Part shown: positions 1-10,633 of the stretch, one piece after another
How the letters are laid out: each line of letters starts with the position of its first letter
Numbering within the stretch: position 1 is the first letter of the stretch
Origin: Tubiluchus corallicola
Taxonomy: Eukaryota > Animalia > Priapulida
Length of the DNA stretch: 57,516 nucleotides
Reading direction: 5' to 3'
NCBI GenBank assembly: GCA_030141605.1
Contig: JAQGDQ010002417.1
Location: forward strand, 1 to 57,516
Program-made: the position numbers and the translations under genes
The notes under the pieces: model-generated
Databases searched by the model: none
What the model was told of the DNA's origin: nothing
The model's input: the letters and a program-made list of their open reading frames with translations, nothing else

Positions 1-651
1 TTCTATTGCCTTATCGCCAATTTTGCCTCCTGATATCAATTTTTTAAAGAAACGATGTACCACACTTGTATATCCTGATAGTATAGAATTTTTATCTTTT
101 ATAGAAATATCTGCCGAACAGTAATAAAAAGTAGAGTTTGAAATTCCTTCAAAGCCATTGCTGTGTATTTTAATCTTTTCAGTTATGTTGTCACTAAAGC
201 TACATGAGGTTGAAACAACTCTAGACTCCTTGCTTTGAATCTGCTCTGCCATCGTCTTTACTATCTCCAGTCGTTGTTCTGGAGTTATAGATGCATACTG
301 GGCATCTACCAATTTTAGATCTAAATCTAAGTTTTTAGGATAATATTTGGGGTCAGGTAGCGCTCGAAACTTATCTTCCGCAAGATACTTTGTAGATGCT
401 ATTGCTTCTGAAATAAACCTTTCTAATTCTCTTTTTTCAAGATAATTAGTGGAATGTGACGAGTATTTATTATCCACATAAATTTGTACACTAAGCCCAT
501 TTCCTGTTGATTCTTTAAGCTTATCTATTTGCTTATCTCTATATTCTATGGTTACGTCGCGATTGTTGTAAACAGAAACGCCTACTTGGTTTGCTCCTTT
601 TTTTTGAGCATATTGTACTGCCCATCGGGCTAATTCTAATCTCTTATTCAT
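1..651 (-). CDS. pmbA: PmbA/TldE family metalloprotease subunit (partial, runs off window start)
   Basis: Not in the ORF track. ATG at 651 reads MNKRLELARWAVQYAQKKGANQVGVSV...LPDPKYYP...HSNGFEG; no stop in the segments I translated, down to base 1. Lies directly downstream of tldD. Confidence 0.85.
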   Translation of the reverse strand, partial: MNKRLELARWAVQYAQKKGANQVGVSVYNNRDVTIEYRDKQIDKLKESTGNGLSVQIYVDNKYSSHSTNYLEKRELERFISEAIASTKYLAEDKFRALPDPKYYPKNLDLDLKLVDAQYASITPEQRLEIVKTMAEQIQSKESRVVSTSCSFSDNITEKIKIHSNGFEGISNSTFYYCSADISIKDKNSILSGYTSVVHRFFKKLISGGKIGDKAIE

Positions 652-671
652 AGTTTTAATGCATTATAATT

Positions 672-2197
672 TTACGAATTCACACCACCCACTGTAATTT
701 TCCTCACTTTTATTGTTGGTAAGCCTAGGGATACCGGCACTCGTTGTCCATTCTTACCACAAGTACCTCCTCCTGTATCCATTTGAAAATCATCTGCTAC
801 CATAGTTATATCTTTTAATACCTGAGGGCCATTGCCTATGATATTAACATCTTTAATCGGTCTAGTGATTTTTCCATCTTCTATCAAATAACCTGTTTTC
901 ACATAAAAGGTAAAATCCCCCTCCCCTATCATCACTTGCCCATTCGTAAAACTCTCTGCAACAATACCTTTCTTTACACTTTTAATAATCTCTTCTTTTT
1001 TATGAGGACCAGGCAACATATATGTGTTTCTCATACGAGGCATTGGCACGTTTCTAAAAGATTCTCTTCGTCCATTGCCTGTTGAATTCACACCATAGTA
1101 CTTTGCGCTAATGTGGTCGTGCAAATAAGAACGCAATATTCCATTTTCTACTAAAAGGGTTTTTTGGGTTAAGTTACCTTCGTCGTCAATATTTATTGAT
1201 CCTCTTACATTAGGATTTGTTCCATCGTCAACAATAGTAACAAAGTCTTCCGCTACTTTTTTATTCATTTTATCGTAAAAAATGGATGTTTTTTTACGAT
1301 TGAAGTCTGCTTCCATTCCATGTCCTATTGCTTCATGCAAAAGTATTCCTGAAGCTCCTGCTGACATCACAACTTCCATATCTCGCCGGAGGCTTTTAAG
1401 CCTCAAACAATAATACAGATTTTCTAACTGGCTCTTGAGCAAGAAAAGCAATATTTTCTTCTGACAAGTCATTAATGTCTCCCCTCCTTGAAAATATTTG
1501 AATTCCATCTTCTCGTTGCCCCTTTTGTTCGACAGCACAAATATTATATGCAAACATCATTGGCCTATAATCATGAAACAACTTTCCTTCAGAGTTGGCA
1601 AATAATATATACGATGTTGAGTTGTTAAGACCAATATTAACTTTTATGACGCGACTGTCTGCTTCATAAGTCATTTTATTGATCTTTTCCAAATATGGAA
1701 TTTTATCATCTACAGAAACTCTATCCCAAGGCTTATTGTATAGTTTGGGAGGTTAATATTTGTGTCCCACTGGAGCTATCGCTTGAGTCATTGGCAATAT
1801 TTGCTGCTGTTTTTGCTGCAGACATCATAGCTTCCAATGTTAGTTCTTCTGTAAACGAATAACCTGTTTGGTCTCCTTTCAACACTCTGATACCCACTCC
1901 AAAGTCAACATTAGAATATGCTCTATTCACTTGCTCATCTTCCATTGATACATTATTAGATATGCTATGTTCGAAAAACATATCACAATAATCTCCTCCT
2001 TTTGAAAGAGCCGCAGACATAATCTTACGAATTACTTCTTCGTCAACACTAAAGTGCTTAAAGTAATCGGCAGTAGTACTCATATTGTTTAATGATTTTG
2101 ATTCCATATTGCATGACGTTAATAAGCTTGGAGCAATAGAAGCGCCTGCAATTCCTAATGCTCCTGTCTTAATAAAATCCCTTCTAGAGAAATACAT
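672..2197 (-). CDS. tldD: TldD family metalloprotease with Tat/lipoprotein signal, split by apparent frameshifts near 1730-1790 and 1385-1400
   Basis: Three consecutive ORFs rebuild TldD: SRRDFIK...LTSC signal, GVGIRVLKGDQTGYSF, LLHEAIGHGMEAD (HExxxH), PMPRMRNT and GTCGKNGQRVPV. Confidence 0.88.
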
Positions 2198-2232
2198 AGT
2201 AATATTTTTTTATTTATAATTGATTAATAAAT

Positions 2233-2240
2233 CAAAGGTA
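2233..2240 (-). promoter_or_regulatory. Bacteroidota -7 promoter element (TACCTTTG) upstream of tldD
   Basis: Matches TAnnTTTG about 36 bp upstream of the ATG at 2197. Confidence 0.55.
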
Positions 2241-2495
2241 TGCCCTGATACGTAACAAAAGTAAACTTTGATTTTAATTTTATATTTTTAACGATATTGC
2301 GTTTTTAATTATGTAAGATGTACAAGGTCTTTTACACTTTAACATACTACATTAAAAACACCTGAAATTTAATAAAGTTTATTATTAACTTACAATAATA
2401 TTATTTTTTATTTATTTTTTAGCACCATTTTATGTTTAACAAAAAATGACATATTGCTATCCTTCTTTCATTTTAAAAATATAAAAAAATTCACT

Positions 2496-4178
2496 ATGAC
2501 ATTAGATAGTTTTCATGATTTTTTAAAAATAATAGATAGTAATATAGGCGGATCAACGTGTTTGTATATCTTCAGGCACGGGAGTATTTTTACTCTGTAT
2601 CTCAAACTTCCTAAATACGCTTTTTAGGCACGCAATAAGAATAACAAAGGAAAATATGATAGAAAGCATGACGTTGGAGACACTACACACTTTCAAGCAC
2701 TTGCTACCGCTCTTTCGGGAACAGTAGGAACTGGAAATATTGCAGGAGTAGCACTTGCTATTCATCTGGGAGGTCCTGCTGCTATGTTCTGGATGTGGGC
2801 AACAGCATTTTTAGGCATGACAACAAAGTTTGTAGAAGTAACTCTCTCACATAAATATAGGGAACGTTTGAGTGATGGCTCTATAGCTGGCGGTCCTATG
2901 TATTACATGAAAAACAAACTCAATTTAAAGTGGTTAGCTGCGATATTTGCTATTGCAACTATTGTCTCTTCGTTTGGAACTGGTAGCCTCCCACAAATCA
3001 ACAATATTAGCCAGTCTATGTTTGTGACTTTCGGTATAAACAAAATGCTATCTGGTGGTGTTTTGGCTGCGTTGTTAGCTCTCATTATTGTTGGTGGTAT
3101 TAAGCGAATTGCACTGGTAACATCAAAGTTAGTGCCACTTATGGCAATAATATACTTTCTCAGTTGCCTAACTATTATTTTCTATAATTATGACAATATC
3201 CTTCCTTCGTTCATTGCCATCTTCAAAAATATATTTACAGGGTCGGCTGCCACAGGTGGCTTTTTAGGTGCCTCTATCGCTTTTGCATTCAACAGAGGAG
3301 TAAACAGAGGACTATTTAGCAATGAAGCTGGGCAAGGGTCTGCTCCTATTGCACACGCCAGTGCCAAAGCTCAAGAACCTATATCTGAAGGATTGGTAGC
3401 ATGCTTAGAGCCTTTTATAGACACCATTATTATTTGCTCTCTTACAGGATTAGTTTTATTGTCCTCAGGAGTCTGGACAGAGAAGTTTGTCAACGAATTT
3501 CAATACTCTGAGCTTATCGTTCTCAATGAAAAATACTCTGATAGCAATAGCCAAGATGTAGAAAAACTATACCATTATTTCAATCTTGCTCAAGAGGACA
3601 AGAAAAACTTGAACTTTAATGGCTCACTGGATATAGAACAAGGAAAAATTATCACCCAAGAAATATCTATATTACACTCCCGCTCCTTAGCAGAAGATGT
3701 GCAAGTGTATGACAATACAAAGGTGCCCTATACTGGAAGTGTGGCTATAAAAGCAGGCAAGGTAGATGTAAGTCAAGGATTAATTTTTGAAGGGAAGTCT
3801 TTACTACATAGTGCTTCATTGACTATTCAAGCATTTTCTAGAAGTTTTTTAGGACACTATGGGGGATATATCGTAACCATTGGGCTATTACTTTTTGCAT
3901 TCTCTACCTCTATTTCATGGTCTTACTATGGTGACAGGGCTATGATATTTCTTTTTGGAGAAAAATCCAAAATTATCTACCATATCATTTATGTAATTGG
4001 ATTCTTTATTGCCTCTTTTACGGACACAGATATCATATGGACATTCTCGGGCATTGCCATTGCCGTAATGACTATCCCCAACTTATTGGGTATTTTGATG
4101 CTGCGAAAAGATGTCAAAAACTCCCTTAAAGACTATCTCGTTTTCTTTAAGAAAAAATTCCCGAATGAGAGGGTTTGA
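2496..4178 (+). CDS. Alanine/glycine:cation symporter (AGCS/AlsT family); 5' end broken by several apparent indels
   Basis: ORF 2784-4178 has [30 protein letters not shown] and WSYYG. Upstream DNA encodes [21 protein letters not shown], and an ATG at 2496 is the likely start. Confidence 0.88.
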
Positions 4179-4249
4179 TATTTTGAATCTACCATGATTT
4201 ATCTCATCTTAAAACAAATACATAAAGTTATTATATAAGCTTTTTTAAC

Positions 4250-4257
4250 TATATTTG
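4250..4257 (+). promoter_or_regulatory. Bacteroidota -7 promoter element (TATATTTG) upstream of rimO
   Basis: TAnnTTTG about 18 bp before the ATG at 4276. Confidence 0.55.
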
Positions 4258-4275
4258 CATTCTCATTAAACAAAT

Positions 4276-5568
4276 ATGAAGGAACAAATAAACATTATCA
4301 CATTAGGCTGTTCAAAAAACAGTGTAGACACTGAAATTATTTACACTCACCTGAAAAAACACAATATAGATGCATTGCTTGATGCCACCAAGGGCAACCA
4401 CGACGTAGTAATTATCAACACTTGTGGCTTTATTGAAGAGGCTAAACAAGAATCTATCAACGTGATTTTAGAACAAATAGAAGCCAAACAACAAGGCTCT
4501 ATTAACAAAATCTATGTTATAGGTTGTTTGGTTCAGCGGTATGGCAAAGAGTTGAAAAAAGAGTTGAAAGGGGTAGATGGCTGGTTTGGCACAAATAATT
4601 TACCTCAATTATTAAATGAATTTCAAGTTTCGTTAGATCAAGAACTATTTGACAAAAAGCTTATTTCCACTCCCTCCCATTATGCTTTTGTAAAAATATC
4701 AGAAGGTTGTAACCGCACATGTTCATTTTGTGCCATTCCATCCATAAGAGGAAAGCATATTTCTAAACCTATAGAACAGTTGGAAAAGGAAGTGACGCAC
4801 CTAGCCAAACAAGGTGTAAAAGAAATAATATTAATAGCCCAAGACACAACCTACTATGGAGTGGATACATATGGCAAAAGAAAGCTCGCTGAGCTGTTAG
4901 ACAGGTTATCTGACATTAACGGCATTCAATGGATACGGTTACATTATGCTTTTCCCACAGGATTTCCTACAGACGTATTAGATGTTATGGCTACAAAAAG
5001 TAATATCTGCAAATATATAGATATTCCATTCCAACATGCTTCCAATGCTGTTTTATCCTTAATGAAGCGTGGCGTTACGCAAGAGAGAATGGACACGTTG
5101 ATACATGAAATTAGAGAGCGAGTTCCTAACATTGCCATAAGAACAACAATGATGGTGGGATATCCTAATGAGACAGAAAAAGAGTTTGAAAAATTGATAA
5201 AATTTATAAAAAAACATAAATTTGAACGATTAGGGGTTTTTACCTATTCCCATGAAGATGGTACAAAGGCATTTGAGTATAAAGACATCGTACCAAAATC
5301 CATTAAACAAAAGCGTGCTAATAAGATAATGGAAATACAAGAAAAAATATCTTATAATTTAAATCTCAACAAAATAGGGAAGCAATATAAAATACTTATT
5401 GACAAACACGAAAACAATATGTACATAGGGCGTACCGAATATGATTCACCAAATATAGACAATGAAGTATTAATATCTACAGATAGGTATTTGCGAATAG
5501 GTGACTTTGTGGATTTAGAAATCACAGACACATTGGAGTTTGACCTTTTAGTAAAAGAAAATAAATAA
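4276..5568 (+). CDS. rimO: Ribosomal protein S12 methylthiotransferase
   Basis: LGCSKNSVD, NTCGFI, radical SAM motif CNRTCSFC, C-terminal TRAM domain with GRTEYDSPNIDN. Confidence 0.95.
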   Translation: MKEQINIITLGCSKNSVDTEIIYTHLKKHNIDALLDATKGNHDVVIINTCGFIEEAKQESINVILEQIEAKQQGSINKIYVIGCLVQRYGKELKKELKGVDGWFGTNNLPQLLNEFQVSLDQELFDKKLISTPSHYAFVKISEGCNRTCSFCAIPSIRGKHISKPIEQLEKEVTHLAKQGVKEIILIAQDTTYYGVDTYGKRKLAELLDRLSDINGIQWIRLHYAFPTGFPTDVLDVMATKSNICKYIDIPFQHASNAVLSLMKRGVTQERMDTLIHEIRERVPNIAIRTTMMVGYPNETEKEFEKLIKFIKKHKFERLGVFTYSHEDGTKAFEYKDIVPKSIKQKRANKIMEIQEKISYNLNLNKIGKQYKILIDKHENNMYIGRTEYDSPNIDNEVLISTDRYLRIGDFVDLEITDTLEFDLLVKENK

Positions 5569-5578
5569 AAAATAACTT

Positions 5579-5763
5579 ATGAAATTATTAAGAAAATTAG
5601 TAGGCTATAATAATCCCAATGCAATAGGAAACAAGCAATAGAATTCGTAGATAGCATTAGATTGCTTTCCTACAAAGAAATGAAAAAAATATTTCCTACT
5701 GCAAACACATACACTGAAAGAGTATTTGGAATGGCAAAATCTTTTATACTCCACAATATGTAA
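5579..5763 (+). pseudogene. Probable internally deleted class I SAM-dependent methyltransferase remnant
   Basis: ATG 5579 reads MKLLRKLVGYNNPNAIGNKQ*. An overlapping frame reads RKQAIEFVDSIRLLSYKEMKKIFPTANTYTERVFGMAKSFILHNM* (stop 5761-5763). From memory these resemble the N- and C-termini of a methyltransferase subfamily. Confidence 0.5.
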
Positions 5764-5785
5764 ATAGAGAATTATACGATTTGAA

Positions 5786-7345
5786 ATGATAATTGAAACA
5801 TTAGACCTAAAAAAAACGGGGCTGTTTTCTCCGTTATTCATAGATTATATTGATAAAAGAAAAAGGTTAGATGATTTTTACAATTTACCTCCCCAAATAG
5901 AGAGTTTTTCACATCAAATAAAGTTAAAGAGTAAGGAGGCAGTCAATAGAACACTATTGCATGATATTTTAATAGAACAATATAAAAGCATTCCATTACA
6001 AGAAAAAGTAAAAAACATAGAAATATTAAAACAAGACAACACCTTTACCATAACCACAGGGCATCAACTTTCTATTTTTGGAGGCACACTATTTTTTATA
6101 CTTAAAATAATTTCTGCAATAAATACATGCAAGGTCTTAAAGCAACACTTCCCATCATTTAATTTTGTTCCCATATTTTGGATGGCATCAGAAGACCACG
6201 ATTTTAAAGAAATTTCACAAGTGCATCTATTTGGCAAAACCCATTCTTGGCAAACAACACAAACAGGAGCCACAGGGCAATTCAACCCCCAAGAGTTAAA
6301 GCAAGTAATGGCAGAATTTCCTGAAATAGTGCCACTATTTGAAAAAGCATACTTGCAAAGCAATACATTAACAAATGCTACACGACAATTCGTAAATGAA
6401 CTATTTGCCCACAAAGGCTTAGTTATTATCGACGGGAATGCAAAAGCCTTAAAAAAGCAATTTAAGCACATCATCAAAGACGATATTTTTAACCATAAAG
6501 CCAATGACATAATAGGTCGCACCACAGAACACTTATCTAACTTGGGATATAAGCCGCAAATATTTCCTCGTACAATTAATTTCTTTTACTTAAAACCACA
6601 CTTGCGCAATAGAATAGTAAAAGAAAACACTTCTTTTTCTGTATTAAACACTGATATCAAATTTTCAAAAGAACAAATATCAGATCAAATAGAGCAACAC
6701 ACAGAAAAGTTTAGCCCCAACGTCGCCATGAGAACAATTTACCAAGAAACTATTCTACCAAACTTAGCATACGTAGGAGGCCCCGCAGAGATTGCCTATT
6801 GGCTACAATTAAAAAAATGTTTTTTGAAATATAATATCACCTATCCTATTTTAATGCCTCGCAATTTTGCTATGATTATTAATAAACACCAAAACAAGGC
6901 ATTAAATAAACTATCCTTAACTCCCCAAAATCTGTTTCTTTCAGAGCAGGAAATGAAAAATAAATTCCTAAACCACGTTATGAGCAATCCCATAACAACC
7001 AGCAAAGAGATAGAAACCATCAACACTCTACTTGAACAAATAAAAATATCAGCCCAACAAGTAGATAGAAGCCTATCTGGATACGTTGGAGCTAAAAGCC
7101 AAGAAACAATCAAAATACTAAAAAACATTGAAGGAAAAATAAAAAAAACTCAAGAACAACACCACGCAACAAACATCAATAAAATTAAAAAAATAAAAGA
7201 AAAACTCTTTCCAAACAATACCCCACAAGAGCAACACGAAAGCTTTTTAAGCTTTTATATCAATAACAAAAACATTATCAATGATTTAATAGAAGCACTA
7301 AACCCTTTTGACTATAAATACCATATCATAGTGTATGATGAATAA
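5786..7345 (+). CDS. bshC: Bacillithiol biosynthesis cysteine-adding enzyme
   Basis: TTGHQL, PIFWMASEDHDFKEI, FSPNVAMR and AYVGGPAEIAYWLQL motifs. Confidence 0.93.
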   Translation: MIIETLDLKKTGLFSPLFIDYIDKRKRLDDFYNLPPQIESFSHQIKLKSKEAVNRTLLHDILIEQYKSIPLQEKVKNIEILKQDNTFTITTGHQLSIFGGTLFFILKIISAINTCKVLKQHFPSFNFVPIFWMASEDHDFKEISQVHLFGKTHSWQTTQTGATGQFNPQELKQVMAEFPEIVPLFEKAYLQSNTLTNATRQFVNELFAHKGLVIIDGNAKALKKQFKHIIKDDIFNHKANDIIGRTTEHLSNLGYKPQIFPRTINFFYLKPHLRNRIVKENTSFSVLNTDIKFSKEQISDQIEQHTEKFSPNVAMRTIYQETILPNLAYVGGPAEIAYWLQLKKCFLKYNITYPILMPRNFAMIINKHQNKALNKLSLTPQNLFLSEQEMKNKFLNHVMSNPITTSKEIETINTLLEQIKISAQQVDRSLSGYVGAKSQETIKILKNIEGKIKKTQEQHHATNINKIKKIKEKLFPNNTPQEQHESFLSFYINNKNIINDLIEALNPFDYKYHIIVYDE

Positions 7346-7904
7346 ACAAGAATTAAGAGCTCACTTCCTATTAAAAAGAAGACAAATCTCTCCTGCTACA
7401 ATATCTGAAAAAAGCATAAAAGCAAAAAAAATATTTTTTGACCTACCAGCAATACAAAAGGCCTCTACCTTTCACATATACCTTCCTCTTTCCACTCAGA
7501 ATGAACTTAATACCATACCTATTATTAACAATCTATTAAAAAAGAAAAAAGTTGTCTTTGTTCCTAAAATAATAAACTTTGAGAAAAATATAATGGCAAG
7601 CGTTCTATTCAGTAAAAAAACCACATTGCAAAAAAACAAATATGGCATTGAAGAACCAACATCAAGCCCTGAACAAAAACCAATAATAATTGATGTAATA
7701 GTTGTCCCTTTAATTATTTTTGATACGCACGGACACAGAATAGGATATGGCAAAGGATATTATGATAAGTTTTTATCAAAAGAATCAAATGCTTTAAAAA
7801 TAGGGTTGTCTATTTTTGAGCCCATAAAGGCAATACCAAATAAACACCAACATGACGTTAAAATGAATAGTGTTATTACTCCAAATCATATATATCATTT
7901 TTGA
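7335..7904 (+). CDS. 5-formyltetrahydrofolate cyclo-ligase
   Basis: KQELR, GIEEP, DVIVVPLIIFD and RIGYGKGYYDKFL. Confidence 0.92.
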   Translation: MMNKQELRAHFLLKRRQISPATISEKSIKAKKIFFDLPAIQKASTFHIYLPLSTQNELNTIPIINNLLKKKKVVFVPKIINFEKNIMASVLFSKKTTLQKNKYGIEEPTSSPEQKPIIIDVIVVPLIIFDTHGHRIGYGKGYYDKFLSKESNALKIGLSIFEPIKAIPNKHQHDVKMNSVITPNHIYHF

Positions 7905-8085
7905 AAAACACTCTAATAGAAACACTTATTAAGATTTAAAATTCACAAAACTTAAAAATATTATTGTTTTTTTTTTAAAATTTAATAACTTTTCTTTTCT
8001 ACTTAAAAAATAATCTTTAACTTTAAATCCTAAAACTAATTAAAAAAATCTAAAATCATTAATTAATTTAAAAAGGTAAAATTTT

Positions 8086-10343
8086 ATGGAAAATCTTCTT
8101 TATTTTATTCCCTTGTTAGGAATTTGTGCATTATTATTTATACTTATTAAATATAAGTGGATACAGGCTCAGGATACTGGAACTGACAGAATGAAACAAA
8201 TAGGAGAGCACATTTCTCAAGGAGCAAGAGCATTTCTTCGTGCTGAATACACAATCATAGCAATCTTTGTAGCCATCGTTGCAGTATTGATAGCAATTAA
8301 GGGTGGAAATGAAACAGAATCCCATTCTTTGATAGCTTTATCTTTTGTTGTTGGTGCATGTTGCTCTGGTCTCGCAGGTTTTATAGGCATGAGTTCTGCA
8401 ACAAAGTCTAATGTTAGAACTACACAAGCAGCAAGAACATCATTAAGCAAAGCACTAAAAATAGCTTTCACTGGTGGAAGTGTAATGGGGTTAGGAGTAG
8501 TTGGATTAGGAGTTATAGGACTAAGCTCACTATTCATTTTTTATCACACTTCATTTGATTGGGGAATAGCAAAACCTTAAATGTATTAGCTGGATTCTCC
8601 TTGGGAGCATCTTCAATTGCATTCTTCTCACGTGTAGGAGGTGGAATTTACACCAAAGCAGCAGACGTTGGAGCAGACCTTGTGGGCAAAGTAGAAGCAG
8701 GTATTCCTGAAGACCACCCCTTAAACCCCGCAACTATTGCCGACAACGTAGGGGACAATGTAGGAGATGTAGCAGGCATGGGAGCTGACTTATTTGAATC
8801 ATATGTAGGCTCTATTTTAGCAACTATGGTGCTTGGTATCGCATTCATTGACCTTGAAGCATTTAACGCTTTTCCTTTCAGTGGAATACTGTTGCCACTT
8901 GTCTTAGCGGGAATTGGTATTTTCGTTTCTATTTTCGGTACTTTTTTAGTAAAAGGAGGAAAAAACCCCCAACGAAGTTTAAATCTGGCAGAAGTAATTT
9001 CTTCACTATTAATGATCGTTGTCTTTTACTTTGTCATTACATGGTTATTGCCTGAATCATGGGCATTACCAGGAATGTCTCCAGGAGAAAAATACACTTC
9101 ACTAGGGGTGTTTTGGGCAACTGTATCTGGGCTTTTAGCAGGCTTAGCAATAGGCGGAGCCACAGAATTCTACACAGGAACAGGATCTCTCCCAGTGAAA
9201 AACATAGCCAAACAATCCCTTACAGGCCCAGCAACAAATATTATTTCTGGTATTGGAACAGGGATGTTTTCTACCGCAGCCCCTGTAATATTTATAGGAA
9301 CTGCCATCTTAATATCACATCATTTTGCGGGATTGTATGGAATAGCTATTGCAGCAGTTGGTATGCTTGCTAACATGGGTATACAACTTGCCGTAGACGC
9401 CTATGGACCTATATCAGACAATGCAGGAGGTATTGCCGAAATGTCAGGAATGCCAAAAGAAGTAAGAGAAAGAACCGATAAGTTAGACGCAGTTGGAAAT
9501 ACAACAGCAGCAATAGGAAAAGGCTTTGCTATTGGTTCTGCCGCATTGACAGCATTGGCACTATTTGCCGCCTACATACAACAAACAGGCATAAGCGCAA
9601 TAGATATATCTAAACCAACAATTATCGTTGGATTAATGTTAGGAACAATGATTCCATTCATATTTTCCGCTCTCTCTATGCAAGCCGTAGGAAAAGCAGC
9701 AATGGCTATGATTAATGAAGTAAGAAGGCAATTTTCTAGCATCCCCGCCTTAAAAAGCGCTTTATCTATAATGAAAAAATATGACTCAGATTTGAGTAAA
9801 GCATCTAAAGAGGAAGTGGAAATTATTACAAAAGCCTACAAAAAAGCAGGCTACACAAAATGCGTTGCCATTTCCACCAAAGCATCTATTAGAGAAATGG
9901 TGCTTCCAGGAATATTAGCAATTTTAATGCCTGTAGTTACTGGATTTTTAGGAGGCGCAGAAATGTTAGGCGGCTTGTTGGCAGGAGTTACTATGTCTGG
10001 GGTATTACTTGCTATATTCCAATCAAATGCAGGAGGCGCATGGGATAATGCAAAAAAAATGTTTGAAGAAGGTATTGTTATTGATGGGAAAAAATATACC
10101 AAAGGGTCAGACCCTCACAAAGCAGCCGTGGTAGGAGACACTGTAGGAGACCCATTTAAAGACACATCAGGACCTTCCCTAAATATACTATTAAAATTGA
10201 TGTCTATCGTAGCATTAGTTATAGCTCCTTCCTTAACTTCTGGTTCTATGTTTAGTGAGAAAGAAACAAAACAAAAAATAGAACAAACAGAAGTTAGAAT
10301 AAATGTGGATGCCAACAACAAAGAAATGACATCTTATTTATAG
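8086..10343 (+). CDS. hppA: Membrane-bound K+-dependent pyrophosphatase, probably Na+-translocating; single apparent frameshift at A-run 8571-8574
   Basis: [37 protein letters not shown] and [16 protein letters not shown] marks the K+-dependent type. Adding one A restores [14 protein letters not shown]. Confidence 0.92.
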
Positions 10344-10368
10344 CTAAACTATAAAAATAAACCAATAC

Positions 10369-10406
10369 AAAAAGAGTTTGAAAAATTAATTTTTCAAACT
10401 CTTTTT
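10369..10406 (+). terminator. Rho-independent terminator after hppA
   Basis: Inverted repeat AAAAAGAGTTTGAAAAAT-TA-ATTTTTCAAACTCTTTTT. Confidence 0.75.
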
Positions 10407-10503
10407 ATCATCTATGCAATTATTAGCAAACAATAATTTTTCAAAAGTTAATTTTTAATTTGCTAATCGCATAAATGTTTTGTATCATTGCAAAAAAATA
10501 AGA

Positions 10504-10585
10504 GCGGATGTGGCGAAATTGGTAGACGCACTAGACTTAGGATCTAGCGCCGCGAGGCATGGGGGTTCGAGTCCCTCCATCCGCA
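10504..10585 (+). tRNA. tRNA-Leu (TAG)
   Basis: GCGGATG/CATCCGC acceptor stem, anticodon arm CTAGA-CTTAGGA-TCTAG, long variable arm and GTTCGAGTC T-loop. No encoded CCA. Confidence 0.96.
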
Positions 10586-10633
10586 CAATTTTTTACTTCT
10601 ATTAACATAAAACAGACACAAAAACTATATACC

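Noticed and set aside
1396-1553. First ~55 aa of ORF 672-1553 as real protein
   Set aside because: Out-of-frame read-through caused by the tldD frameshift; the true sequence in this span is ORF 1396-1692.
10559-10633. ORF-track N-terminal extension of trigger factor (MGVRVPPSAQ...)
   Set aside because: The ATG lies inside tRNA-Leu; TTG at 10634 is the plausible start.
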